In this document: in pieces, positions 51,032 to 63,290 of the stretch
How positions within the stretch are numbered: position 1 is the first letter of the stretch
How the letters are laid out: every line of letters begins with the position of its first letter
Source of the DNA: Mobula hypostoma
Taxonomy: Eukaryota
DNA: 64,000 nt
Assembly: GCF_963921235.1 (NCBI RefSeq)
Contig: NC_086108.1
Span: forward strand, 56,298,001 to 56,362,000
Direction of reading: 5' to 3'
Made by a program: the position numbers and the translations under genes
The notes under the pieces: generated by a model
Database searches by the model: none
Told to the model about the DNA's origin: nothing
Seen by the model: only the letters and a program-made list of their open reading frames with translations

Positions 51032-52440
51032 CTGGAAATGAAACAAAGGTTAAGTGTGTGCTGGTCATAATACTGACTTGTCTGACCACTCTGCTCTTAT
51101 ACCCTCAGCTAACTTCTTTATCCTGTTTTAAAACAAGACTCAATGCATTGACTTTGTGCAATTTGCTTCCAGAGACTTAAAACCTTCTTTCTGTAATTTA
51201 CCAACTTTTAAAATCTAAGCTTGATGTAACCAAACCATTTTTCTGTTTCACTTTTCAGCTTTGATTTGGTACAGGAACTAACTCTTCTTCCAGCTGTTTA
51301 ATAAAAGGTTTCATCTTTTGAAATGATTGTGAGTAGAATCCTGGAAGATTATTAACGCCATGACTCAAAGGGATTTTCTGACATGTCACTATACAGGTCT
51401 TTCTATGTTTGTGTTCTTGATCAAAGGTGCACAAACTTTAGAAGGATAATGGATATAGTGGACTATAGGGCCAGTTTCTCATTTCTCAACTAGTTAAAGT
51501 AAACACAATGCATTTACAAAAGAACTGAGGGAACGTAGAAACTAAAACTATATTTTTATTCATACAGAACAGATGTTATACCTGGGAATGTACATATATC
51601 AAAACATTTTTAATGGTGGCAGCAAAAGAAAAAGAATATACAGTTATGTTGATTTTGAGAAAATAAATGGCAGGAATGACAACAGGATAGTTTAACATAT
51701 TCCTTTAGTTTATTTAGTTACTTGCCCTCCTGTAACCATATGAAGCCACAGTTACTTTTTCTGATATGCCACCATTATACTCCTATTTAAGCTAAAAGTA
51801 AACGGAAAATCAATCTCTTGTCTCTAAAATATTAAATATCTCTTGGCCAGCCAGCTCTCAGGTAAGTGTAGCAAAGGAAATGTCGTTGATCTTGTGGTGG
51901 GGGCAGTTTGATTAAGACACATCTAAATTTTGAGACTTTTCTTATGTCACAGTCAGGAGTTCATCCTGACTTCACTAAGGAATCATTCCATTTTTTTAAA
52001 GTTACCTGGGGATATCATCATAATTATGATCCACTTTTAGTTCACATTCCCCCAGAGGGTAACCAGACAAGTTTTTTTTTAAATGTCTGCTAGAGTCTGA
52101 AACATGTGTCTCAGGACTCTGCTGGCTAAACTGTTTGCTCAAAAGTATTTATCAATTATCAGAATAAATAACGGGCAAAGGTAGTTTTCAGGCAAGCATA
52201 TAACAAGAAACATTTTAACTAGCCACTTCCTTGCATTGTTTCTAGTTTGTACCATTAGCTAATTAACAGTAACTCTAACCAGAGGTACAAAGCTGAAAAC
52301 TGAACAAACAAAAGTAAGTCAACCAATAGATCCCACTACCATTGCACTTTTGATAACTGGGAAGAGACAAAAAATAATTCATTGCCAAGAATGCAAATGA
52401 CAAATGGAAAGAAAGTTAAAAGGCTCAAAAAGAAAATGTA

Positions 52441-52983
52441 CACTCAGTGGACACTTTATTTAGGTATACCTATATTCCTGCTTGTTCATGCAAATGTGTA
52501 ATCAGCCAATTATGTGGCCGCAATTCAATACATAAAAGCTTGCAGACATGGTCAAGAAGTTCAGTTGTTATTCAAACAAAACATCAGAATGGGGGGGAAA
52601 TGTGACGCGAGTGACTTTGACCAAGGAATGATTTGTGGTTTGAGTATCTCAGAAACTGGTCTCCTGAGACTTTCACACACAACGGTCTAGAGTTGACAGA
52701 GAATAGTGGAAAAAGAACATTCAGTGAGCAGCAGTTCTGAGGGTGAAACTGCCTTTTTAATGAGATGTCAGAGGAGAATGGCCAGACTGGTTCAAGTTGG
52801 CTGGATGGTGACAGTAATTCAAATAACCACGTGTTACAACAGTGGTCCAAGGAGTAGCATCTCTGAATGCGCAACTTGTCAAAGTTTGAAGTGGATGGAC
52901 TACATCAGCAGAAGATCACGAACATACAATCAGTGGTCACTTTATTAGGTACAGGAGATACCTAATAAACTGGTCACTGAGGG
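52441..52983 (+). mobile_element. Tc1/mariner non-autonomous element with a transposase N-terminal remnant
   Basis: TIRs cactcagtgg.cactttatt..gta, TA at 52439-40 and 52984-85. Remnant MGGKCD.SDFDQGMI..GLSISET. A third TIR copy at about 52926 makes a terminal mini-palindrome. Confidence 0.85.
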
Positions 52984-53137
52984 TATACTAATGTCAACTG
53001 CCTTCTTGGTCAGCCTTGTTGAATTGGAAAAAGAAACAATAAAATTGATGCCTTCTCATTATTAAATTTCAGTTCCATTACGGCATTATTAAGAGGATCC
53101 TTGATACATTTAATTTTGTATTTCTCTTGTCACATAC

Positions 53138-53236
53138 CTTGTGAACTCCATATGTTTCTAAGAACTGTTCATTATAGGAACATGAGCATTTATGAATGTA
53201 ACCTTCTTCTGTCCCAGCCAGATAAATATTAGTTTC
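53138..53236 (-). CDS. DNAI4: DNAI4/WDR78 internal coding exon (99 nt, phase 0/0): ETNIYLAGTEEGYIHKCSCSYNEQFLETYGVHK
   Basis: Acceptor tttctgcag| and donor |gtatgt. The translation matches the WDR78/DNAI4 WD40 segment (IYLAGTEEG.IHKCSCSYNEQ). Too short for the ORF track; found by hand. Confidence 0.93.
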
Positions 53237-53644
53237 CTGCAGAAATCAGAGATCAGTTTCAAAGGCAATACAATAATTAAATAAATAACTTTAACATACA
53301 ATAATTAAACCAGCTAAATTGGGTTAATATTGGGCCAGAATTCTTTATTGATGATTTTAACATGATTTATCCCTAAATATTTTCCCAAAGATCATACAAC
53401 AGGTGAATGTTTCTGTTTAGTTATTGCCCAAAGAATGTGTTAACATTGTTAATAACATGCAGCAATACCTTGCCAGATAAACTTTTATGTATAATGGACT
53501 TGTACTAGCTGTCCTGTTTGGGACTGAAAAAAAACATTGTTGGCATAGAATGAAAATGAAATGCAAATTTCTTAAAGTTGATGTGTAAATGCTCAAAGAC
53601 AATTCAGAATACCAAAGCATTAAAAAACACTTAAGGTTGTTATT

Positions 53645-54212
53645 ACCAGGGGTGGTAGTGGGGATAAGCTCCCACTACCTATAAAGTGCTCCAAACGGTG
53701 TGCGTCACCGACAACCAAGTCCAACTCTTGGACTTCACATGTGACTTAGCTACTAGGCCCAGTGGAACTGTTTCTACTGACAAGAGAAGGGGCAAAAGCG
53801 GACCACTGGCACCTCAAAATCAGTTGCTTCGGGCAGGTGGGGCTCGTCAATCTCGAACTGCAGCCCACCTAGGTGAAAGAAAAGGAAAACTCTGATTTTA
53901 AACCACCGCTGTCTTGCGGCCATACCCATCCATGGGAAAGGCTTCGGGAGTAAACCCTGAGGAAGAAATCCGGAACCAGGGTCCCTAAGGCAGTTTGACG
54001 TTGTTTACAACTTCACTCTGACAACCTCTGCAACAACACTTGGCCTTCATTTGGTAACTGGTGCCCATCAGTGACGTGGAGAGGGGGAACCCACTGCAAT
54101 GGGCCACAGCCATTTCTTCAAATTTTCCCACCCAGGCTTGCGCCCTGGAGAGGACATAGTCCAACAGAGGCGCAAACCCAAGATCCCCTGGGATCGACAG
54201 CTGCCTACTACA
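53645..54212 (+). mobile_element. RTE-related non-autonomous retroposon (SINE-like)
   Basis: Motif ggaaaactctgatttt.aaacc.ccgctg.cttgcggccataccc...gggagtaaaccc, as I recall from RTE-clade 5' UTRs. Ends in ctactac. Confidence 0.55.
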
Positions 54213-55094
54213 AACAATACAGAGAAACCCAAGTGGTCCATTTAGGCCCTTAGACTATTCTACCACAGAATGACATCATGGCTGATCTGTTACTAACTCT
54301 ATATAATGGCTAGTGTCTTATTTCTCAAAATACTGGCTGTTGTCTTATCTCTCTTAATGACCACAGTAAACAAAAATCTTTAAGTCCTAGATTTAAAATT
54401 AACAAATGATCTTCAATTCACATTGTTTGCAGAAGAATGTTCCAAACCTATCATACTCTACATTCCTAAAAGTCTGGCTCTGAATTTTGTTCTTTGCACT
54501 TAATGAGTTTCCATAACTAATAACTCATCCACATCTACCCCATTACTTTTCTTCATAACATGAATTTTGATGAAAAACAACCTTTAACTTTCTAAGTTTT
54601 AGGCTTCACCTCTTAGTTTGTATTCATCAACTTCAAAGGAATCAAATGTGTTGGGGATGAGAAACAGTAATCTGATACAGTAAAGACACCGACATCAAAT
54701 TATTGTTTATTAACCACAGTTCTGCCTGCCACATTCCAAAGACACATGGGTTAGGGTTAGTAAGTCGTGAGCATGCTAGTTTGATGCCGGAAGCATGGCG
54801 ACACTCGCAGGTTGCCCTAAGCACATCCTCATACTGTGTTGACTGTTGAAGCAAATGACGTATTGCATTGCATGTTTCAATGTACATATGTACTCTATTA
54901 TTCCAAGCAAACTCATCACCAAACTCTGGACCTTGGGAGTTAACATCTGGATCCTTGACTTGATAACCAACGAACTGTAATCAGTAAGGACATCTTTTTA
55001 TTTACTTATTCGTGTGTTTGTTTGTTTGTTTATTTATCCCACAACATGAGGGAGTAAAAATCTTCGCATTATGACTCTGTCGCAATGTACAGAC

Positions 55095-56860
55095 ATGCGA
55101 ATTTGTAAGTTGGTCCCGGCTTTAATGCTATGGCACTGTTTGCCAGACGGAAAGAGCCAAAACAGTATATGTTTGGGGTGACAGGTGCCCCCGATGATCT
55201 TTCAGGCCTTCTTTATGCACCTGCTGTTGTAAGTGTCCTCAGTGGAGGGAAGTTCACATCCGTAGATGTGCTGGACTGTCCATACCACTCTCTGCAGTGC
55301 CCAGTGATCAAGGTTGGTGGAGTTCCCATACTAGGCAGTGATACAGCGAGTCAGTATGCTCTCAGTGATGACCCTGGAGAAGGTCTTGAAGATTTGGGGG
55401 TTCATGCCGAACTTCTTCAGTCGCCTGAGGTGGAAGAGACATTGTTGTGCTTTTTTTGCCACACAGTCAGTGTGTACTGTCCAGGTGAGATCTCGGTGAT
55501 GGGTATACCGAGGAACTTAAAACTACTCACCCTCTCATCTGCAGTCCCATTGATGTTGATCGGGACAAGCCTGTCTCCGTTCCTCCTGTAATCTATGATC
55601 ACCTCTTTTATTTTCGGACATTGAGGGAGAGGTTGTTATCGTGGCCCCACAGTGTCAGGGTATTAACCTCTCCTCTGTAAGCTGCCTTGTCATCACTAGA
55701 AATATGGCCAAAATCAATTCATGAAAAACAGAAAATCTGGAGATGCTGGAAATCCAAGCAACACACACACAAAATGCTGGAGGAACTCAGCAGGCCAGGC
55801 AGCATCTATGGAAAAAAGTACAGTTGATGTTTTGGGGAAAAACCCTTCAGCAGGACTGGAGAAAAAAAAACTGAGGAGTAGATTTGAAAGGTGGGGGGAG
55901 GAGAGAGAGAAGTGCCAGGCGATCGGTGAAACTTGGAGGGGGAGGGATGAAGGAAAGAGCTAGGAAGTTGATTGGTAAAAGAGACAGAAGGCCATGGAAG
56001 AAATGGAAGAAAGAAGAAAGTGGGGGTGGGGGGGACAAGCACCGAAGGGAGGAGATGGGCAGGCAAGGAGATAACACGAGAGAGGGACAAGGGAATGGGA
56101 AATGTTGAAGGGAGGTTTGGAGGGCATTACTTGAAGTTTGAGAAATCGATGTTCATGCCATCAGGTTGGAGGCTACCCAAACGGAATATAAAGTATTCTT
56201 CCTCCAACCTAAGCATGGCCTTATCCCGACAGTGCAGGAGGCCATGGATGGAAATATCAGAATGGAAATAGGAAGTGGAATTAAAATGGGTGGTCATTCA
56301 ATGTCGTGTCACCTGCAAATGTGATCAGCAGATTGGAGCTGTGTGTGGCAGCGCAGTCGTAGGTGTAAAGGGAGTGGAGGAGGGGACTCAGGATACAAGC
56401 CTGGGTGGGGGCACCTGTGCTGAGGGTCAGAAGGGCAGAGGTGAGGGAGCCCATCCTTACCACCTGTCGGCGATCCGATAGGAAGTCTAGCATCCAGCTG
56501 CACAAAGTGGGGTACAGGCAGAGGTCTCTGAGATTTATCTGTCAAGTCTGGAGGAAATGATGGTGTTGAATATTGGACTTAAGTCCAGGAACAGCATTCT
56601 AACGTATGCATCCCTCTTCTCCAGGTAAGTGAGGACGGTGTGTAGTGCTGTGTCTGTGGTGTCATCAGTAGACCGGTTCTGTCAGTAGGCGAATTGCAGG
56701 TGGTCCAGTGTGGGTGGGAGCATGCTGCAGATGTAGTCTTTAACCAGTCTGTCAAAGCATTTGCTTATAATTGAGGTGAGAGTGACAGGGCGTCAATCGT
56801 TCAGGCATGCTACGTTGGTTTTCTTAGGTACAGGACAATGATGGACAATTTGAAACAGGA
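55095..56860 (-). mobile_element. Rex1/Babar LINE fragment split by a Penelope-like insertion (55722-56293)
   Basis: ORFs 56281..56505 (WMLDFLSDRRQ..LSPLL.SLYT) and 55417..55602. The Penelope terminal repeat carries a degenerate hammerhead. Confidence 0.85.
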
Positions 56861-56916
56861 GAGCACATACTGAGAGATGGAGAGATAGCAACACCTCTGC
56901 CAATATTATACTAAAC

Positions 56917-56996
56917 AAGGGCTTTCCAACCTTTTTTATGACATGGGCCAATACCATTAAGCTTGGGGTTCATGGACTCCAGGTGGGGAACCCCTG
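56917..56996. mobile_element. hAT (Charlie-like) mini-MITE inside a plus-strand Rex1 fragment (56860-57750)
   Basis: Imperfect TIRs (aagggctttccaacc / ggtggggaacccctg). 8-bp TSD tactaaac / ttctaaac (7 of 8 match). Confidence 0.7.
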
Positions 56997-57754
56997 TTCT
57001 AAACACTGGTGCTCACAAGGCAGAATCCTCAGCCCACTACTCTACTCCCTGTAAGCGTATGATTGTGTGGCCAGATTCTGCTCTAACTCCATCTACAAGT
57101 TTGCAGATGTAATGGGCCAATGTCTGCATTGTAGTGGACCGCATCTCAAATAATGAGTCAGAGTACAGGAAGGAGATAGAGAGCTTAATGATAAGGTGTC
57201 ATGTCAACAACCTTTCCCTCAATGTCAACAAAACAAAAGAACTGGTCATTGACCAGAAAGGGGAAAGGTGGTGCATATGTTCCTGTCTACCTCCATAGCT
57301 TTAAGGTTGAGAGCTTCAAGCTCCTAGGTGTCATCATCAATTGTCTGGTACAACAATGTTGATATCATGACCAAGAAAGCTAACCAACACCTCTACTTCC
57401 TTGGGAGGCTAAAGAAATTCAGCATGTTCCTGTCGACTCTCACCAATTTTTAATCGATCCACCATAGAAAGCATCTTGTCTGGATGCATGACAATTTTGA
57501 ATGGCAACAGCTCTGCAGATGACTGCAAGAAACTGCAGAGTGTGGACCCAGCTCAGCACATCACAGGAACCAGCTTCTCTTCTGTCTGTACTTCTCACTG
57601 CCTCAGCACAGCAACCAGTATATTCAAAGACCTTACCCACCACAGACATTTTCTCTTCTCCCCTCTCCCATTGGGCAGAACATACAAAAGCCTGAACATA
57701 AATACCACTAGTCTCAAGGACAGCTCCTATCCCACCGTTATCAGACTCTGATAA

Positions 57755-59840
57755 GACTTGTAGCTTGTTAAGCAGCCTCATATGCGGCACCTTGTAAAAG
57801 ACCTTCTGAAAATCCAAGTACACAACATCAGCCGATTCTCCTTTGTCTATCCTGCTTGTTATTTCTTCAGCGAATTCCAACAGATTTTCAGGCAAGCTTT
57901 TTTCTTGAAGAAACCAAGCTGACTATGGCCTATTTTATCATGTGCATCCAAATACCCCAAAACCACATCCTTAACAATCAACTCCAACATCTTCCCAACC
58001 ACTGAGGTCAGACTAGCTGGGCTGTAGTTTCCTTTCTCCTACCTCTCTCCCTTCTTGAAGAGTGGAGCGACATTTGAAATTTTCCACTCTTCCGGAACCA
58101 CATCATTACTAATGCCTTCACAATTTCTTCAGCCACCTCTTTCACCTCTGTACACCTTCTGGCCCAGGTAACTTATCTACCTTCAGACCTTTCAGTTTCC
58201 CAAGAACCTTCTCTCGAGTAATGGCAACTTCATACGTTTCATGACCCCTGACACCTGAAACTTCCACCATATTGCTAGTGTCTTCAACAGTGAAGACCAA
58301 TGCAAAATACTTATTCAGTTCCTCCACAATTTTGTTGTCCCCCATTACTACCTCTCCAGGATCATTTTCCAGTGGTCCGATATCCACTCTTGCCTCTTTT
58401 TTACATTTTATGTATCTGAAGAAAATGTTGGTATCCTCTTTAATATTATTGACTAGCTTACTTTTGTATTCTATCTTAACATTCTTAATGACTTTTTAGT
58501 TGCCTTCTATTGGTATTTAAAAGCTTCCCAATCCCCAAACTTCCCACTAATATTTGCTCTATTTTATTCCCTCTCTTTGGCTATTATGTTGGCTTTGAAT
58601 TTCCTTGTTAGCCATGATAGTGTCATCTTGCCTTTATAATACTTCTTCCTATTTGGGATGTATACATCTCGTGCCTTCCGAATTGTTTCCAGAAATTCCA
58701 GTCATTGCTGCTCTGCCAGTGTTCTTTTCCAATCAATTCTGGCCAACTTCTCTCTCATGCCTCTGTAATTTCCTTTACTCCACTCTAATACTGATACATC
58801 TGACTTTAGCTTCTCCTTCTCAAATTTCAGGGTGAATTTGTTCATATTATTATCACTTATTATCTGGAGGGGTGGAGCTGACGATGATGGCACCAAATGG
58901 CGACTTCTTTGTTTGCATCTTCAGAAACAGCTCTACCCTATCTTTAATATCTCTTTTTTTCCATTTCAAAGTTCTTTTGCAGACCCTGACCTGTAGTTAC
59001 ACGCTGACTTCGGTTCTTTGCAGAAATGGCACCCAATCTCAAGGCCTCATGACCGGCTGCTTTTTGATATGCCAAGGTGCGGCCTGGAAGACCAGTGCGC
59101 CTTCAGGGTGCCAGATTTTCATGGCTCTGGAGACAGGCTGATCCAAGGCTAGTGTTGCCGCCGCTGACTGATGGGTTGTGAGAGTACACGGAAGATCGGA
59201 AGCAGCAAGCTTGCTGCTGGCTATGTGCCCAAAGACCCGAGTTCTTTGGGCACAGAGCTTGGAAAAGGCAATGCAACAGACTTTTAACACCATAAATCAG
59301 TGAGTTGTTTTGTTATATCTCCCCTCTTGCTGTGAAAATGGAGACACTGCTTTTTCCCTTATTGGGGAGAGAAAGAGAGAGAGCCTGTGGTATGTCAAAT
59401 ACCAGGTGAACAAGTACTTTCAAAGGTTTCAAAAGTACATTTAATGTCAGAGAAATGTATACGATATTTATCCTGAAATGTTTTTTCTTCGCAGAGTAGT
59501 CTTAGGGGTATTGCAAGTCTGTATCTTTATTGATGCTTTGCTACACGCTTGAGTGCTCAATGGGGGGGGGGCGCCAATGCATTTTGCTGGTGGGTGGGAG
59601 GGGTCATTGCTTTGCTGCTGCTTATGCATGGGAGGGGAGAGTTGGGGGGGCCTTTGGGGTTCTAACATTTAACCATCATTCATTCTTTGGGCACTCGTCT
59701 GTTTTCATAGATGTTTGCAAAGAAAAAGAATTTCAGGATGTATATTGTAAACATTTCTCTGACATTAAATGTACCTATTGAACTTTCCCCAAAGGGTTCT
59801 TTTAAAGCTATTTAATCAATTCTGGTTCATTGCACAATGG
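57755..59840 (-). mobile_element. CR1 LINE ORF2 fragment (same family as 6418-10560)
   Basis: ORFs 58142..58387, 58702..58896 and LDFQKVFYKVPH. Confidence 0.88.
58866..59783 (+). mobile_element. Non-autonomous retroposon (copy 2)
   Basis: Collinear with 7879-8890. It holds an inverted tail fragment at 59418-59493. Confidence 0.8.
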
Positions 59841-60587
59841 ACTTGGATGAGTGCAACTCCATCAACTCAAGAAACTTGACACCACTCAACAATACTGTAT
59901 ACGTTTGTTATGCAATCAAACACCCTAAATGTTCATTTCTTCCACGAACAATGCACCTTTGCATTACAGATGCAATGTGAACTATCTACAAACTGCACTG
60001 TAGTTACTCATTTAGGTTGCTCATTGGACAGAGGCAATAGACACATTGGAAAATCAGCACCTTGAATGTGTCTATATCCTGAAAGTAAAACAAAAAGCTC
60101 AATATATACACATGGAAATCTGCCAAACTGTCCTTACAGTCTGTGATTGTTCGCCATTTTCTCCTATAAGATGGAGGGAGGGATATTAGTATGTGATGAT
60201 GCCCTAAATGCCAGCGGTGTAACATGTGAAATGGCCGTTATGATCATATAGCTAGAAGTATATATAAAGCACAAGTATATATAAAGCTCAAGTTAGAACA
60301 GTGGTTAAGTAAATAAGATTGTGGTTTGTGAATATCATGTAGGAGCATTGATTGAAAGAGATTGTTATTGGGTTAGTGATGGGCTCACACAATAAAGAAC
60401 AATAAAGTGTTTAATGGTATTTTAGGTTGTCATTAAAACTTTCTACAACTGAATCAAACCCAGAATTCATCAGCCAATTTGGACACCTCCCACCATTGTT
60501 TCTTCATTTCTGTCCTGAAGAGCAAGAGCTCATGATCTATTAAAATATCTCTACAGATGTCCACCTATTCTAGAAAAATTTTCAGCA

Positions 60588-61790
60588 TTAGATAGATACT
60601 TTATTTATCCCAAAGAAAATTACAGTACTACAGTAGCATTACAAATGCACAGATATACAAATATTAGAAGAGAAGTAGGAAGGAATTTAAAAAAAATAAG
60701 TTACTTCAGTCTTATACAAGTGGGTCACCACTTCCCCAGCTATAGATTGACTTATTATAGAGACTAATGGGCAAGGGTAAGAATGACCTCATATAGCACA
60801 ATTTGGAGTAGCACAGTTGTCTTGGCTAATACTATAAGTCCTCCTCTGTTCAACCAAGGAGGAAGGCAGAGAGTGAGAAACACTGTCCAGAATTGACAGG
60901 ATTTTCCCTAGAGTTCTTTCATCTACCACAGCCTCCAATTTGTCCAGTTTGTACAACAGAGCCAGCCTTTCTAATCAGTTTATTGAGCTTGTTAGCATTA
61001 CCCGTGTTGATGCCATTGCCCCGGCACACCATCGCATAGAAGATTGTACTGATCATAGAACAGGTCTGGACTGGTACTCCAAAGGACCTCAGTCTCCTCA
61101 GGAGGTACAGGCGACTCTGGCCCTTTTTGTATACAGCCTCTGTGTTGGTGTTCCACTCAAGTCTGTCATCCAGATTCACCCCCAGGTACTTGTAGGTCCT
61201 CATCACATCCACATCCTCATATCAGTAGTACCAGGGAGCAGTGCAGGCTTAGTCTTCCTAAAGTCTATCACCAGCTCCTTTGTCTGACTGATATTGAGCT
61301 GCAGATGATTCAGCTTGCACCATTTGACAAAACCCTCCACCAGGGCCCTATATTCATCCGCCTATCGTCCCTTTATACACACAACTATTGCTGAGTCATC
61401 AGAGAATTTCTGCAGATGACATGACTAAGTGTTGTATCTAAAGTCTGAGGTATACAGGGTAAACAGGAAGGGAGCCAATACAGTCCCCTGTGGGGCCCCA
61501 GTGCTACTTATAGCTATGCCTGACACACAGCTCTGAAACCGCACAAACTGCAGACTGCCAGTCAGGTAGTCCATTATTCAGAACACAGTGGAAGTGACAA
61601 CCTGCATTGAATGGAGCTTTTGCCCCAGCAATGAGGGCTGTGTGGTATTGAAGGCACTTGAGAAATCAAAAAACATGATCTTCATAGTGTTGCTCTGCTT
61701 ATCCAAATGGGATAGGCTCTGTTCAGCAGGTAGATGACAGCAGCATCGATTCCAATGTGCTTTTGGTAGGTAAACTGCAGGGGATTATTT
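60588..61790 (-). mobile_element. Rex1/Babar LINE RT and 3' end
   Basis: ORF 60919..61212 (YKYLGV.LDDRLEW..KGQSRLY), QKFSDDSA, GAPQGTVLAP, (atag)n tail. Confidence 0.88.
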
Positions 61791-61859
61791 GCTTTAAGGA
61801 TTACCTCCTCTATAAGAAGGCGTGGATATGACTTAATTGGGACAGATTAGTTTCAGAAA

Positions 61860-63290
61860 CTGAAAGGGTGAAGGAACCTTTGTTGATAAAAGATGTGGAA
61901 TGTCTAATCAAGAAGAAGAAAGAAACTTACTTTAGATTTGGAAACAAAGATCAGAAAATGCTCTTGATGTCTCACAAGATAGCCAGGAAGGATCTTAAGA
62001 ATGGACATAGGAGAGCCAGAGGGGGGCATGAGAAGGCTTGGCGAATAATATTAAGGAAAACCTCAACGCATTCTACGTAGTGTATATGTGAAGAAGAGGA
62101 AGATGACAAGAGTGCGGGTAGGACCAATCAGGGATAGAAGAGAACCATATGCCTGGAGTCAGCGGAGGTAGGGGAAGTCCTTATTGAAGACTTTGCTTCA
62201 GTATTCATTAGTGAGAGGATATTGATGACTGTGAGGACGGCTTAAACTGACTGAGATGCTAGAACATGTCAACATTAAAAAAGAGGGTATGCTGGAATTT
62301 TTGAGAAATATTAGGATAGATATGTCTCCAGGACCAGGATATACCTAAGGGATTGCTGCGCCTTTGGCAATGATCATTGTATTCTCAGTCAACACAGCAG
62401 TAGTACCAGATGATTGAGGGGAGTAAATTTTATTCCGTTGTTCAGGAATGGGAGTAAGGATAACCCAACATTATAGACTAGTGAATCTCACAACAATGGT
62501 AGGAAAATTATTGCAGAAGATTTTTGGAAACAGGATTTATGAACATTTGGGGAAGCATACTGTGATTAAGGATGGTCAGCATGGCTTAGTAAAGGACAGG
62601 TCATGTCTCATAAGCCTGACTGAATTCTTTGGGTATGTAACAAAACACAGTTATGAAGGTGGAACACAATGGATATGGTGTGTATGAATTTTAGTAAGAC
62701 ATTTAGTAAGGTTCCCCATGGTAGGCTCATTCAGAATGTCAGGAGGCATGGGATTCAGGGACATTTGACTGTGTGGATTCAAAATTGCCTTGCCCATATA
62801 AGGTAATTGTAGATGGAGCGTATTCTGCCTGGAAGTCAGTGACGAGTAGTTTTTCACAGGGATCTGTTCTGGTACCCCTGCTCTTTGAGATTTTTATAAA
62901 TAACTTTGATGAGGAAGTAGAAAGGTGGGTTAGTAAACTTACAGAAGACACGATTGTTGACATTGTTGTGGATAGTGTAGAAGTTTGTTGAGGGTTACAA
63001 AGGACATTGATAGGATGCATTGCTGGGCTGAGAAGTGGTAGATGGAGTTCACTGCCGAAAAGTGTGAAATGATTCACTCTGGAAGGTTGAATTTGAAGAT
63101 AGAGTACAGGATTAATGGCAGATTCGTAGAAGTGTGGAGGAACGGAGGGATCTTGGAGTCCATGTCCATAGATCCCACAAAGTTGCCACGCAGGTTGATG
63201 TGGTTGTTAAGAAGGCATATTGTATGCTGGCCTTCATTAGTCACGGGATTGAGTTGAAGAGCTGCAAGCTAACGTTGCAGCTCTATAAAA
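61860..63290 (+). mobile_element. CR1 LINE ORF2, decayed and 3'-truncated
   Basis: ORFs 61868..62080, 62448..62687 and 62773..62991. Confidence 0.88.

Noticed and set aside
60004..60100. Upstream DNAI4 exon at a strong minus-strand acceptor near 60078
   Set aside because: No frame resembles the expected preceding DNAI4 segment. That exon probably lies beyond the window.
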